Translations under genes and position numbers: made by a program
Assembly: GCF_001194135.2 (NCBI RefSeq)
Contig: NC_068986.1
Span: forward strand, 81,469,789 to 81,533,788
Direction: 5' to 3'
Length of the DNA stretch: 64,000 nucleotides
Source of the DNA: Octopus bimaculoides
Taxonomy: Eukaryota
The notes under the pieces: generated by a model
Database searches by the model: none
What the model saw: the letters and a program-made list of their open reading frames with translations, nothing else
Told to the model about the DNA's origin: nothing
Shown here: piece by piece, positions 36,601 through 50,659 of the stretch
Layout: every line of letters begins with the position of its first letter
Numbering within the stretch: the stretch's first letter is position 1

Positions 36601-39540
36601 GCTTCTAACAATAGGTATCAGATCTTTTGGTCATAGTGTTATCCGCCATCCATTCAGTATTAAGAAATAGGTGCTAAGTATATCTTATAATTGTAGTAGA
36701 AATGTTAAAGATATTTAAATATGCTTACATTTTATAGCTTTATTTTCCATTTGTGTGATCCCTGAAGGTAGAATTTCACCTTCTTAAATTGGAGCAAACA
36801 GCTTGACAAAACTGATATTGAGGCAATTAAGTGGTATTACAGGTGATTGCCTGTATTAATTCACTACCTGTCCATAACATCACCAACATTCAAATTCCAG
36901 TAACTAACCTACGAATTTTAGCGACTATCCTTACTATTACTAACCTACCAAATCTTATGCCTATCTTTACACACCATCAATAACCTGCCAATTCAAGCAA
37001 GTAAATGAAAGAGACGAAATAAGTTCAATTTTGTTTATTGCAGGTCATCCCTGATTGAACACATCTACAATAATTAATCACTCCAACCATGATCAACCCA
37101 TCTTTTTACATAGAACTGCATTATCCAATGTTTTTTTTTCTTCAAGACAGTAGGATCTATATTGAGGAAACTTGGTCACCATTTTTAGCAGGTTGAGCAG
37201 TCAAATAGTGGCTGTGAGTGTGTTTGTGTCTCTCTCTCTCTCTCTCTCTCTTTCTCCCTTAAAGGTAAAAAAGTAAAGTATATTGATAACTGCTTTTAAT
37301 AATGATAAAAAAAAGAAACAAAAGATGAAAGAAAATTTTTTAGTACATTGCATACTAGTAAAGATGGTGAATTGGCAGTCAGATACAATACCTTGTATTT
37401 ATTCTGGATCTCTGTATTCTAAGTTTAACTCCTCATGAGATCAATTTTTCCTGTTGTTCTTTTTTTTGGGGGGTGAGGGTGGGGGTGGGGGGGTCAATGA
37501 AATATCAGCATATTATTGTGTTTGATTCTCTTTTCTCTCTAGATTGTGCCTGTAATTCAAAAGTCTTGCCTTGTTTCATTGTGTCATGCTGATTAAGGGT
37601 GATACACCCGTTTGTTGAGTACTCTGTCACTCATGTTAATTGCATGAGTATGAATTCAGTCAGCTGAACAGCTGAATGTCCACTGTTGAGAATGAAATGA
37701 ATCTACCAAATATTAATAATATCTATAAATTACCACCAACACCATTACAAAACAAATTAGAAAAAAAGTGCAAATGTGTATAGGTCTAGCTCCAGATCAA
37801 GTTGCTTCCTTATCAGCTTGGAATTGGTTGGTTGGAAGAGATCCTGAATGTAAGTTGGGAAGTATCAGTTCTTGAATGCCCATCACTAGCCTACCAATTC
37901 TAGTGACCAGCCTTGATATCCTGAATATTCTCCAATTGTCAGATTATGGTCAAGAATGGAACAAGCTTAGACAAGTTATTACAGAGATGATAAAGTTATC
38001 CAGGTGACAATCTCTCCTTATCTTTGATAATGGGTTCTCACATAAGTCAAAGTAATGTATCTGGCATTTAGCTTAGCTAAAAGTCGAGTTAAGTATATTT
38101 ATCTTGAAATCTTGACAATTGTTAGGAATGTGCTATCAGCCATTATTACCCCAATCACCAAGATCTTTGACTCTTCCACCAATGAAGTCTTCATGACACC
38201 TTCAGATTCACTTGTTTCATATTCTGCAAGAGATGCTTTTTACTTTGTTTCCACTTTCATCATAGTGGCTGATGTTCTCTAGAATTTCAAAAAATATCAC
38301 ATTACCTCAATCATGCCATCAGTTTTTCTCGAACACCTCTGTAAAAACTAGTCTCAAATAACTTAACACACATACACCATTCTTATTGTAAACATATTCC
38401 TTTTAGTAATTCAAATAAATATTGACCCCACCCCCACCCCATTCACCTTTTAACATTTCACTGATGTATCAGATGTTCAGCATTGAAGTCACTGGTCTGC
38501 CTTTATAGATCAAACCACTAGGGAAAATAGGAATAGAAAGCTTATTCTTCACCTGTAATCTCTTGTAACAATCAGGTAAATAGAGTATTATGTAAAACTC
38601 ACATTTTCTCTCTATATGTGCCATTTGTATAAAGATTCTTATTTACACAAGTTTGCTCCTGTCTTTGATGTTACTGTATCATATATTTCTAATGTCATGT
38701 TACAGTTTACTTTTAGCTGTTTCAATACCAAATGTGGTTTTTGCAAGGAGAGGGAAAGTAATTGTATGATTTTTTTTCCTTTTATGTTCTAAAGCATTTT
38801 TTCTCTCTTTTTATCAAAATTTATATCAATGCTGTATGGATTTTTTCATCCAGTACTTAATTCTCAGTTCATTAGAGATGGTGCCAATTATTTTATTCCA
38901 CACACCTAGAATGTGCATTAGGGCTCTGTCTTTGCATACCTGTGGAGGAACAGTCAACTGATGAAGTCAATCTGTATTTATAGTAAGTTCACTACTGTCT
39001 GTCAGAAGTAACATTTTTGGGCATTTGCTGTTGTTCCTTCACTGTTCTTTTCATTATATCTATGGTCTTTTATGAATAGATGACCTCTATATTATTTACT
39101 TAAGTGATTTGTTTTGCTGGATTGAGACTCAATTCAAATAGTTTAAATGATATTTTTAATATCCTTTAAAATACATCACTTCAATTTTTTTTTTGTATTT
39201 TATTAATACCCATGTATGTGTATCAACATGCACTGCCTCATCTGTGTTCTGGTTTGATATATANNNNNNNNNNNNNNNNNNNNNNNNNNNNNNNNNNNNN
39301 NNNNNNNNNNNNNNNNNNNNNNNNNNNNNNNNNNNNNGCAAATGAAAAACTAGTTTCACCATTCCATAGCAAAACTGTTGCACTACACTTTGACAATTTT
39401 TAATATCTTGGCATCTGAACCAGCTGGAGATGCAATAGTTTGACAAAAAGTACTGGCTATTGCAAGCAAAAATAGATATTGAAAAAAAAAAAAAACATTT
39501 GGCCATAATTTGGACATAAGACAATTTAGCATAAAAGCAA

Positions 39541-39580
<40 letters not shown>

Positions 39581-39581
<1 letters not shown>

Positions 39582-40040
39582 TACAGGTGTGGCAGTGTGG
39601 TAAGAAGCTTGCAAAGAAAGAGACAGACCGAAATACACACACACATAACCTAGTGGTTAGGCTGTTGCATTCATGATTGCTAGATCGTGGGTTCAGTCCC
39701 TTAATTGAGCAGTGCATTGTTCTTGAGCAAAACACTTCATTTCATGTTGCTCCAGTCTCCCTTTCAATCAGATGGGGAGAATGTTGGCCTGCTCGCCTAA
39801 CCAGTAGGATGACATCATTTGAAGGCTTAAAAAATGAAAAAGCACATTGTGACCAGCAATGTGTAACAACAGCTGATAGCCTGGCAACTGGTGCTGGTAT
39901 GTTTATGCCTCCATAACTTAGCAGTTTGACAAAAGACACTGATAAAATAAGTCCTAGGCTTAAGAAATAAGTCCTGGTATCAATTTGTTTGACTAAAACC
40001 CTTCAAGATAATGCTTCAGTATGGCCACTGTCAAATGACT
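39581..40040 (+). mobile_element. Composite SINE: family A head and tail enclosing a family-B-related SINE
   Basis: Family A head at about 39581-39612; second tRNA-like head AGTGGTTAGG...GGTTCAGTCCC at about 39652; family A tail from about 39885. Confidence 0.6.
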
Positions 40041-40970
40041 GAAACTAAAGAATAAAAGAATATATATATATATATATATATGTGTGTGGAAAATCAGTGT
40101 GTGTTTATTTGTGGCGTTGTTAGCTAACTCCTCCTACATCATTTTATTGATTTTGATGAAACTTGACATGTGGGTAGAACTCAAGTCTGAAAACCTTGTG
40201 ACATACTTAGATTGTTGAAGAAATCGATAATACAGCACCTGGAGGGGATTTTATATATACCTTATATAACTATTTTTTTTTAAACACCTAAGGGAAATAA
40301 CTCATATCCTCTGCACTATTTTTTTAAGCACTCAAGGGAAATAACCCGTTTCATTGTCTATGTTCGATTACTTTGAACCAACGATCAGCTGACCTAATTC
40401 TGCATTTCACTACTCACAGTTTTGAAATGCTAAACATTATTATTGCACTTCCTTAATTTGAATCTCTTCATTCATACATTTCTATACATACATACTTTTT
40501 TGAATGCCCATTACTCCGATAATTCTGCATTTTTACAGTTACACTTTCTCCATAACAGTAGATAAATTATTTGTAGTGGCTTCATGCAGGCATAGCATGG
40601 ATTTGATCCTCGATTGCCAAATTTCACTTAACACTTCAACAACGCTTTTCTCATGGTAAAACAATAGTTTTTTCTATGAATGAAAGCAGTTACACATTTC
40701 CCAGATGCTTCCCCTAAGTAGAATAATGTCTTTGCCACTTCACCCTTCTAACCTCTTCTAGGCCACCAGGGGCTGGTATGGAGATAACAGACCTCCAACA
40801 AAATCATTTGTTCTCAACAATATGTCTATCCTTCTGGCTGCTTTTCGATAGTTATGAAAACAAGAACTCTGTAAGCTAAACGCAGTTACTGACAGCGACC
40901 ACCAATGAGTGTGAATGTTATTATTGCACTTTCTTCTAACACTTCATTCATATATTTCTATACATATATA

Positions 40971-41299
40971 TAGGCATAGGAGTGGCTGTGTGGTAAGTAT
41001 CTTGCTTACCAACTACATGGTTCCGGGTTCAGTCCCGCTGTGTGGCACCTTGGGCAAGTGTGTTCTACTATAGCCTCGGGCCGACCAAAGCCTTGTGAGT
41101 GGATTTGGTAGACGGAAACTGAAAGAAGCCTGTCGTATATATGTATATATATGCGTGTGTGTTTGTGTGTCTGTGTTTGTCCCCATAGCATTGCTTGACA
41201 ACCGATGCTGGTGTGTTTATGTCCCCGTCACTTAGCGGTTCCAGCATGGCCGCAGTCAAATGACTGAAAAAAGTAAAAGAATAAGAAAGAAAAGAAAAG
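40971..41299 (+). mobile_element. SINE family A with an internal deletion of about 83 nt
   Basis: CTTAGCGGTTC is joined directly to CAGCATGGCC, compared with the intact copy at 52391-52500. Confidence 0.85.
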
Positions 41300-42005
41300 A
41301 ATATACTATATTCATATATTACCTTTAATAAATTAGCCTTCATAAAGTTCACCTTTAAATTGCCATGAGTCAGAGTACGACTAGGTGCTTCTACTTCACA
41401 AGCTGCTCTAATACGACAACGGTGATATCAAGTAAGTCTCTGATTCATTATGTTTCATATTTACAAAATAAAACAATTATTCTTCGTCTACTCTAATTCA
41501 ATATCTAAATAGTTATATGCATATTGCCGTAATTAATTTACACATTGTATAAATAGACATTTTTTCAATATCTCCAAATAACTAAATTCTGCCAATGCAT
41601 GCAGGGTTTTCAATTAAATTTCATTACACTATGAATGCCCATAACTCCGATAATTCTGCATTTTTCAAGTTCAAATTTTACGATGATAGTACATAAATTT
41701 TTCATTCCACATTTTATAAGTCATACCCAGAATTGTTGAAGGATAGAATAAACTACCTGCATCAGTTGTTAGCTGTCAAGACAGTACAAAAATTTCATGC
41801 TTTCCAAAATTTGCCAACATTACTCCTGACATGCCTATGCACCATTTCCTCTTTATGGCTTTTTTTACTGGTTACTTTTCTGTCTTCTTGTGTTTTATCC
41901 TGTGCATTATGCGTGCTTTTGGCTATCATTACTTTCTCCTTTTCCTTTCACCCTTTTATGATAAGTTGTAATCCTTGTAATGTCTGTACTTTATACAATA
42001 AGATT

Positions 42006-42955
42006 TCTTCTTCCTCCTCCCTCTTCTTCATTTCCTCCCCTCCAACTGCCCCTCTTCTTCTTCCTCCCCTCTTCTTCTTCCTCCTTCCTCTTGCCTTTTC
42101 TTCTTCCTCCTTCCTCTGCCTCCTCCTCCTTCGTCTTCCTCCTTTCTCTTCCTTCCTCTTCCTCCTTCCTCCTCCTGCCTCTTCCTCCTTCCTCCTCCTG
42201 CCTCTTTCCTCTTCCTCCTCCTCCTCTTCCTCCTTCCTCTTCCTCCTCTCCTTCCTCCTCCTCCTCTTTCCTCTTCCTCCTCCTCCTTCCTCTTCCTTCT
42301 CTTCCTCTTCCTCCTCCTCCTTCCTCCCCCTCCTTCCTTCCTCCTCCTTCCTCTTCCTCCTCCTCCTCCTGCCTCCTNNNNNNNNNNNNNNNNNNNNNNN
42401 NNNNNNNNNNNNNNNNNNNNNNNNNNNNNNNNNNNNNNNNNNNNNNNNNNNNNNNNNNNNNNNNNNNNNNNNNNNNNNNNNNNNNNNNNNNNNNNNNNNN
42501 NNNNNNNNNNNNNNNNNNNNNNNNNNNNNNNNNNNNNNNNNNNNNNNNNNNNNNNNNNNNNNNNNNNNNNNNNNNNNNNNNNNNNNNNNNNNNNNNNNNN
42601 NNNNNNNNNNNNNNNNNNNNNNNNNNNNNNNNNNNNNNNNNNNNNNNNNNNNNNNNNNNNNNNNNNNNNNNNNNNNNNNNNNNNNNNNNNNNNNNNNNNN
42701 NNNNNNNNNNNNNNNNNNNNNNNNNNNNNNNNNNNNNNNNNNNNNNNNNNNNNNNNNNNNNNNNNNNNNNNNNNNNNNNNNNNNNNNNNNNNNNNNNNNN
42801 NNNNNNNNNNNNNNNNNNNNNNNNNNNNNNNNNNNNNNNNNNNNNNNNNNTCCTTCTTCTTCATTTTCTTTCTCCTCTTCTCCTTCCTCTTCCCCCTTTC
42901 TTCCTCCTCTTGTTCCTCCTCTTCTTCTTGTTCCTCTTCCTCCTCCTCCTCATCA
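42006..42955. repeat. Long (CCT/CTT/CT) polypyrimidine low-complexity tract, interrupted by an N-gap
   Basis: Almost purely C/T on the + strand on both sides of the gap. Confidence 0.95.
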
Positions 42956-43589
42956 ATAACAGCCTTATGAGCTATAACAATCACTGATCATTTTGGTTTG
43001 GCTCTTTTGTTTTTCTTATCTTCCATATATTAATGAAACTGAAATGGCAAAAGAAATAATAGTTTAGTTGTAAAGGTAAAGATTGCTGAAAAGTTTGAAA
43101 AGTTGTACACTTGACATTATTCAGTTGACTGCTCATGGCTTAACAGAAAGCTTAGCGTTGGTTAAAGTGGGAGCTTGTTTTAAGTGGAGTAAATATTGAA
43201 AAGGTTAAGCAATATATAATAAAAATATAACTTTTCACATAACTTGGCTTTAAACTTTTTTTTTCTGTGTCTTAATGCTTGTCTTTTTTTCCATTAAAAT
43301 CTTGTTTGAAAGAGAGAGAGAAAGAGAAAATTGTTAAGTATTACTAAATAGGAAGGAAAAACTTGGTTGTTATCAAGCTGTAGGTCTGCCTTGAGTCTAA
43401 CTACTTTATCATCAACAATGTTCTAGCCATGACCACCTCAGTTAATTTTCAGGTATTATGTATTTGGATTACATTATACAATATCTTCCTGTTTAAGAGT
43501 GTAGCAGTTGATTTGAATTATTAGAGATATATTTAGTGATTGTTTTATAAATGAAGTTATAGGAGAGTAAAAATAAAGTTTCTCTCTAG

Positions 43590-43749
43590 GATATGACATT
43601 ATTGTTCATCAGCTCTTCTTCATATATACTGATATCACTATTCTTTAGGTACTAGCTCTCCTCATACATTGTATGATATCATTACTGTTCAATTGTATTT
43701 CCCTATATATGGTATGATATTATTGCCCATACATAGTATGATATCACTC

Positions 43750-43783
<34 letters not shown>

Positions 43784-43890
43784 TCATATATCGTATGATA
43801 TAACTGTCCTTCCTCTCTCTCTTCTCCCATATACAGTGTGACATCATTTTCCTTCCTCTTCTCCTATTTAGTGTGATATCATTGTAATAT
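43590..43890. repeat. Degenerate minisatellite
   Basis: Recurring GTATGATATCA(T/C)T motif. Confidence 0.55.
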
Positions 43891-46734
43891 ATTGTGTGAC
43901 GTCTTTCATTTTTAACTTTCTATGCATTAATATTATATCACTATGTCTACTGTGTGAGAGGTGTTTCGTAATCTTACTATTTTCATAAGGTCATCACTTA
44001 AAGCAATTTTATTAAGGATAAAGTATTATCATTAACTCTGTCACTTCACTGTCACTTCCTTTATGTTACATTCCTGGCAATAACATTTTTTATTTAATTT
44101 GAAATGTTTTTTTCCTTTATTTAGGCTTCAGTTTTGCTTCATGTGCAGATGAAAGGTGTAAACTGTAAAAATACATCATAAATAATCTTGTAGAAACAAA
44201 ATAATGTTAGCTCAAAGAAATAATCTCCTGTAAACACGACCAGCTATTCCACTATTTTATTCAGTATATTGTTTTCTACTGAGATCTGTTTATTTCCAAA
44301 GAAGAAGCTGAGGTTTGCAGCATCTTAATATTCTGTAATTCTCTTGTAGAATAGTAATTGTGTACATTTAGAGTGGAGGTTTAGAGTGAAGACAGCTCTA
44401 CTCTCAGTTGCTAAGAGATGATCTACTTGATGTTCACTTGCATGTAACAACCTTTCTTATAAATTGTTTACAGCCTCTCTGTAAAGGCCACATCTTGTAC
44501 TTGTCGATGCTGCTACTTTTGACAATAATGATAATAATAAATAATGCAGTATGTTTAGTTATTTTTCTTGTAAACATTGCCAGCTAATTGAAAAATGTGC
44601 ATTTTGTATGGGTATGTATGAGGTTAAAGGGGATAAAAATTAAAATGCGAAATGTTTATAATTATATATCTTGTTTTATTTCATGCATTTAAGGCTGTTA
44701 ACAACATGGTGTCATACTATTGATTATATTTGTTCTGGGTTTGCCCTTCCATAAACAAACTTTTGCATATTATTGAGTTTTATGATGCTAGTTTGATCAG
44801 AGCTATCATGAATATACACTAACTTGTCAACTATGGAAAGGAAGAAGGAATCTATTAAGAATGGAATCGATATTTTTTTCACTCTGGTTCAACTATAGTA
44901 TCTATGTGCACTAGTTTAGATCAACAAATAAAACTGAGGAATCCCTTCTTATGAGAATTATGTGATTCTATATATAAAAATATAATACTGTTTCCTTAAT
45001 TATTTTGTCATTTTAATTATAGGAGTGTTACAAATAGTCATGCATTTATAGGACTAAAAACTCAACAACTGAACAAATTCATGTTTGTGTGTTAACTCCC
45101 ATTAGATGATTGCATTGCTCTCTCAACCTGCCATTTGTCTGCCAAACAGTAAATGATTATCTGTGCTTTCCTTTAGTTACTAAGATTCTGATACATTTTC
45201 CCCTGAATTTTAAATAATATTATAACAGAACAGTATTGTCCTACTTTGACTTCAATCAGATGTAAAACTTAGACATACAAAAAAAAAAAAAAAAGAACAT
45301 TTATGGCCTCAGGTAATGTCATAGTGAAAACAAAAATGAGCTGAGAGAAATAACATGGCCAGTGGCATGAATAGCTCAGAGTAAATCAGTGACAACAGAG
45401 ATGAAGAAAGGTGTCCCAAATGTCTTACAAGATATATAATGGTAGTTCCTTGAGGTTGAGAAAGACCGTTTTGCAATTTCTTGTTGAACAGTTTGCACAA
45501 GTGATATGTTTATAGTGATCAAATGTTTGTGCTGCACATTATCTCTCTGCCTCCATCAAACTGACATTGCTTGCACAGGTGCACATTGTACCACTCATCA
45601 AATGTGAAAGTCATTGCAGAACAATGAGAAATGAAGTGTTTTACCCAAGAACAACACACTATCCAGTCCAGGAATCAAGCTCATGGATCATAATTGTGAT
45701 TGCAACACCCTAGCTACTAGGCCACTGTTATATCTTGAAACTAGATAGAAAAACAATTATGCATAAGGCTGAGGGATGACCATACTATAAGCTGTGGGGT
45801 TGTGGTTGAGAGGCAGTGGGTTATAGTAGGAACTGTGGTGATGTATGTAATAGCACCAAAGGCAAAGTTAGTGTTGGTATGGTATTAGTAGTGAAGAAAT
45901 TTTTGGTGCTGTGTAGTGTTGAAATGTGTTGAAGAAGAGGTGATGATGATAGTGTTAGTAGTGGATGTGATAGAGTAATAAAGATGGCAATAGAAGGTTG
46001 TACTGAAGTGGAAGTTGGTGATATTGATGCAGCACAGTCTTAACTGCCTCTTGTTCAATTACAGTATTCACCATTTCTGCCCCTGTCTTCCTCAAGCTTT
46101 CTTTTAAGTTCTATTCACTTGGAGTATGTGGCACCTATTTACACAACTGTCATCCACTACACACACTGCACACCCATAGCATCACAGTCTTCTTACTTGA
46201 ACACTACTGTGACTCATGTGTTCAACTCTTCTCTCAACTCATGTGTGCTTCACAATTCATGCCTGCTGATATTACACACTCTTCTGAGCATGCTCACTTC
46301 ATTTTTTTTTTTCTAGCTTTCATATATCTTTTGCATTCAAGGCTTATATTTTGCTAACATGCAACATTGTATTTCATACACACACATCATACAATCTACC
46401 CTTCACTGTGAGAGAGAAACCCTTTGTTGTCTTTAAAGATAATTATTTCTGGACTATTTTCTCTCTCTCCTTACTTTAGCAACTATATTTTGGGAACACT
46501 CACCTCCACTGCTAATTAGGACACCTATGTAATAAAATCTAACTACTTTTATGGAGTCTTCTCTGTATATTTACCACATAAAAAGTCCTTTTCTATTAGC
46601 CCATTTGTTATCCTACATTACCTTTAGTGTTCATAGTTTACACTAAGTACACCATGTGAAATTCCTACCTATTCCTTTCCTGCATATTGGGTGTGGCCAC
46701 TCCCTCACTGGCAGTAGATTCTGTTTTTTTTCCC

Positions 46735-47690
46735 TGCTCACTAAAACCTTGCTAGATTTATTTTGGCCTCTCATTCTAGATTTTGCTTTCAGATTTGGTA
46801 TTACTTCTCTAAATCTTTGACAAGTTCAGCTATAAGAACTACTTCATCAGCATACAGATATTTCCATGGGTAGCTAGTCTTAAACTCCTCTTTTATGGTC
46901 TGGCAGACTAGATCAGAATGAGTCTGAGAACTAAGGCCTGATTGAGACCCATCTGCTAGAAAAATTCTCTGCTGAACTTGTTGCTGGCATCTTGATAATA
47001 CCTCTACTCTTTGCTTGCATCACTTTCACAAGTTATTTACCCACTTGTTATTTTAGATTATAAAGCATGGAATGCTATAAAAGGCTCTCTTTGATTGATG
47101 AATAAGTAGTAGCTTATTTCTTGTATTGCTGCAGTTGAATTTCTAGAAAGAGGGCGTTAGGGGTATTTCATCCTGGTACAAAACCAAATTTCACGTCTAG
47201 ACCAAATTTCTTCCTAATCAGTGGTGCTATAGCTCTTTCAGTACCTTTCATAACCTAGTCCATCAAATTGATAGTCTAGGTTATAGACTTTTTCTCTCTC
47301 TTCTCACTTTAGAAACTATATTGGTTTATGGCTCAGAGTAGTTTGTCTTAGTGAAATTCAAGGTTGTCCTGTTATAAATCTCAATCACTTCCTTCCTCTC
47401 ATGATATATCTTAGTTAATACTTCTCTGAGTCTATGTCTGGCTGAGAATTCTTTTGACTTCCATATCTTCTTTCTCTAAACTGTCTTATGCCTGAGTCTG
47501 TCTAGCTCTTATCTTAAGGTTGCTGATGACTAGTCTATGTTGGCTGGAAAGTCTATTTTGCCTTACTTGCCTTCTTGATTGGTTGGTGATCAAATAGCTG
47601 GTTGGATTCTTGAAGTTAGTGTTGCAAATGGTAAGGGCATTGTTGAATTCCTGGAGTCTATTTGTCTTCATTTATTGAACCGTATCCTTA
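46735..47690 (-). mobile_element. Decayed, internally deleted RTE LINE (endonuclease end plus RT core)
   Basis: RLQEF...LTICNTNFKNPTSYLIT...QHRLVISNLKIRAR (APE end); VMKGTERAIAPLIR...FGFVPG*NTPNALF; PWKYLYADEVVLIAE (YADD-like). Confidence 0.8.
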
Positions 47691-48869
47691 GCCTCCATGT
47701 ATGCTGAAGAAGGCATCATGATGTCACTCAATATGTCCATTAAAGATACCAGTCATGTTATTGAGGTAAATATCATTTGTTATCAATGATTCTGCAGGAG
47801 GTCCTCATTGAAGTGATCCTTTGTTTATCTATCAGCCACGATTGTTGTGAACATGCAGATATGTCATTTTCATATTGTCCACGTTAGTTTAAACTTAATT
47901 ATTCTAACACACAGTTTCTAGCTCAGGGGATCTATGTTTAACCCCAGGTCATTTCTAATCAAACAAATTAAGCATCATATTGAAACACAAATGCTCCATC
48001 TTGTCTCTTTTTAAAATAAATAAATATACCATTTTTTGCTGTAATAACCTTAATAAAATTTTATACATGTTATTCTAATCATGGTTTCTTTTTCAAAGGT
48101 CATCTCTTGCTATCATCATTATAATCTGTCTTTGATGGCACTGACAATAATGTAAATGATGCTTTTATGGAGGCTTGGCAACATGTAATGACTTCAATGA
48201 ATATATGATGGTATAAAGTATATGTCTGAGACTGAAAAAGTAGAGTATTTGTCATTTGAGACAAGTCTTATAAAGATAATTAACTGTAGAGTAGTGACCT
48301 AGTTTTGGGGTCTGACTCAGCATCTTGAATTTTATTGATTGATAAAGCAACAGGGACATTTGGGTGTGGTCAAATTCAGCAGTGCTGTGTACCTTGTAAT
48401 TAGAACTGTTACTGGCATGCTGAGATTTAAGTGGCTTACCCTACATTTAAAAAAAATCTTGCTGAGAGAGAGAGAGTGTGTAACATGATATTGAATTCAC
48501 TTAATTCTCTAAACAGTAAATTCAATATCAAGTGTCATTATACTTCACTTTCTTCATTCAATACGCTGTTACAAGGGAAAACTAACTGCATTGTTTTAAT
48601 CTTGTAGTGATGGCATTTTCTGCTTAATTGTGGAACAACATTGACTTATTTGTTTTATGATTTTATAATTTTAAACAAAACTCCTGAAACTACACTATGA
48701 AATAGCTTAGCTTTTCATTTATTTAGCAAAGTATCTCATTATTATTTATGCAATAATTTCATCAACCAAATGTCATATATGCTTCTATAGGTCACTATAC
48801 ATCCAATTTAAAGTTCTTGTTCATGATGCAACAATGCTGGGGACAATTTAATTCATACCTGAAAATTGA

Positions 48870-48900
<31 letters not shown>

Positions 48901-49305
48901 NNNNNNNNNNNNNNNNNNNNNNNNNNNNNNNNNNNNNNNNNNNNNNNNNNNNNNNNNNNNNNNNNNNNNNNNNNNNNNNNNNNNNNNNNNNNNNNNNNNN
49001 NNNNNNNNNNNNNNNNNNNNNNNNNNNNNNNNNNNNNNNNNNNNNNNNNNNNNNNNNNNNNNNNNNNNNNNNNNNNNNNNNNNNNNNNNNNNNNNNNNNN
49101 NNNNNNNNNNNNNNNNNNNNNNNNNNNNNNNNNNNNNNNNNNNNNNNNNNNNNNNNNNNNNNNNNNNNNNNNNNNNNNNNNNNNNNNNNNNNNNNNNNNN
49201 NNNNNNNNNNNNNNNNNNNNNNNNNNNNNNNNNNNNNNNNNNNNNNNNNNNNNNNNNNNNNNNNNNNNNNNNNNNNNNNNNNNNNNNNNNNNNNNNNNNN
49301 NNNNN

Positions 49306-49342
<37 letters not shown>

Positions 49343-50659
49343 CAAAACTGATTGTCCCCAAGTGGTGAAAATTGCACATCAACTAGTTAAAGAAAAAAGA
49401 AAAAATTTCTGTTTCTTGCTTTTTGTATTTTAGTAGAAGTTATGTTTAACCAACCAGCAGCATTGTAACAGGAATATGATGGACCCTGATAACACAATTT
49501 ACTAATCATGATTGTTGTATTATATGGTTGAAGACCAAGATGTCATCTGCAGATGGGATGTCTTGGATATGTGTGGTGCATGTCATTCCTTTGGCAAATA
49601 ATTTTTTACTACATTTAATAATGATATCTGGAAATGATTAGTTGATCATATAACAAAGTGGCTGACAACTGATTGCAAAGAGAGTGGAATTATCTCTAAG
49701 ATGACATTGGAGTTGAGAATTAATTTTTAAGAATCACTTATTTATTGCTCAGCCACCTGAATAATTGTCACCCCAACCCACAATGAATATAAGTTGTATA
49801 ATTAGGATAACTAATCTATTCCTTTGTGTTACACATCTTTATTATAAAAAATTATGGAAAAATAAGAATAGTATACACCATGTTCCCAAATTAACTGAAG
49901 CTAGAATAATTATATAGAAGATTATATTGCAAAATATTGTGTTACATGTTGTTTAGCCCTGAGTCAGTTCTGGCTGAGCAGACCTATGATCAAAGAAGTT
50001 CCCATTGCAGTCTTCTCATTTTTCTCAATATCAATATTTTTCTCAATAAAATTTAAGACATTTGAAGAAAATTTGTCAGCTATTTCAAGCATGTCAAATT
50101 TTGAGGTTATGTATAATATTTCATGATTTATCAAAAATGAATTAAGTTTTCCCTAGTATTGTTACATGAAAATAAGCATATATTCAGCACATGTCCTATG
50201 TGAGATTAGGCATTAATGACATCACTTAATTTGATGTCAACACTATATTTGATTACATAAAAATATTCAATTCACCAATCTGTATTATCTGGAAGAACTC
50301 TGGTTCAGCATCGCCTAAATAAAATTAACATGTTAGAGAAGATGAATAAGGGAAAATTCAAGTTAATGCTATAAAAGTGATAAAAACCATAATAGTTTAG
50401 TTGATGCAAGATAAAGGTGTTTGTATTAGTGAATGGATTCATAGATGTACAAGTAATAGATTGTTTAACGTTGCATTTGACAGCCTATAGAGTACCTGAG
50501 AGAATAATCTATGTAGTCTGCTGGACTAATAAAACATATTTATATGCGATTGAGTAGTTTATGCCATTGGTTTTGAACTGAATGAGGAATTTAGTATACA
50601 AGTACATGTTCACTTATGTTCTACCTTTAAGTTTCTATTCTTCATCTTAGATCTTGAGG

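Noticed and set aside
37790-38340. Possible CR1/L2 RT fragment on the minus strand
   Set aside because: Motif resemblance was too degraded to support by eye; needs an HMM search.
41733-42987. Longest ORFs (408, 335 and 318 aa)
   Set aside because: Low-complexity CCT/CTT tract plus N-gap; no domain content.
47704-47740. CTGAAGA plus a small stem as a hammerhead ribozyme
   Set aside because: The required GAAA after helix II is absent.
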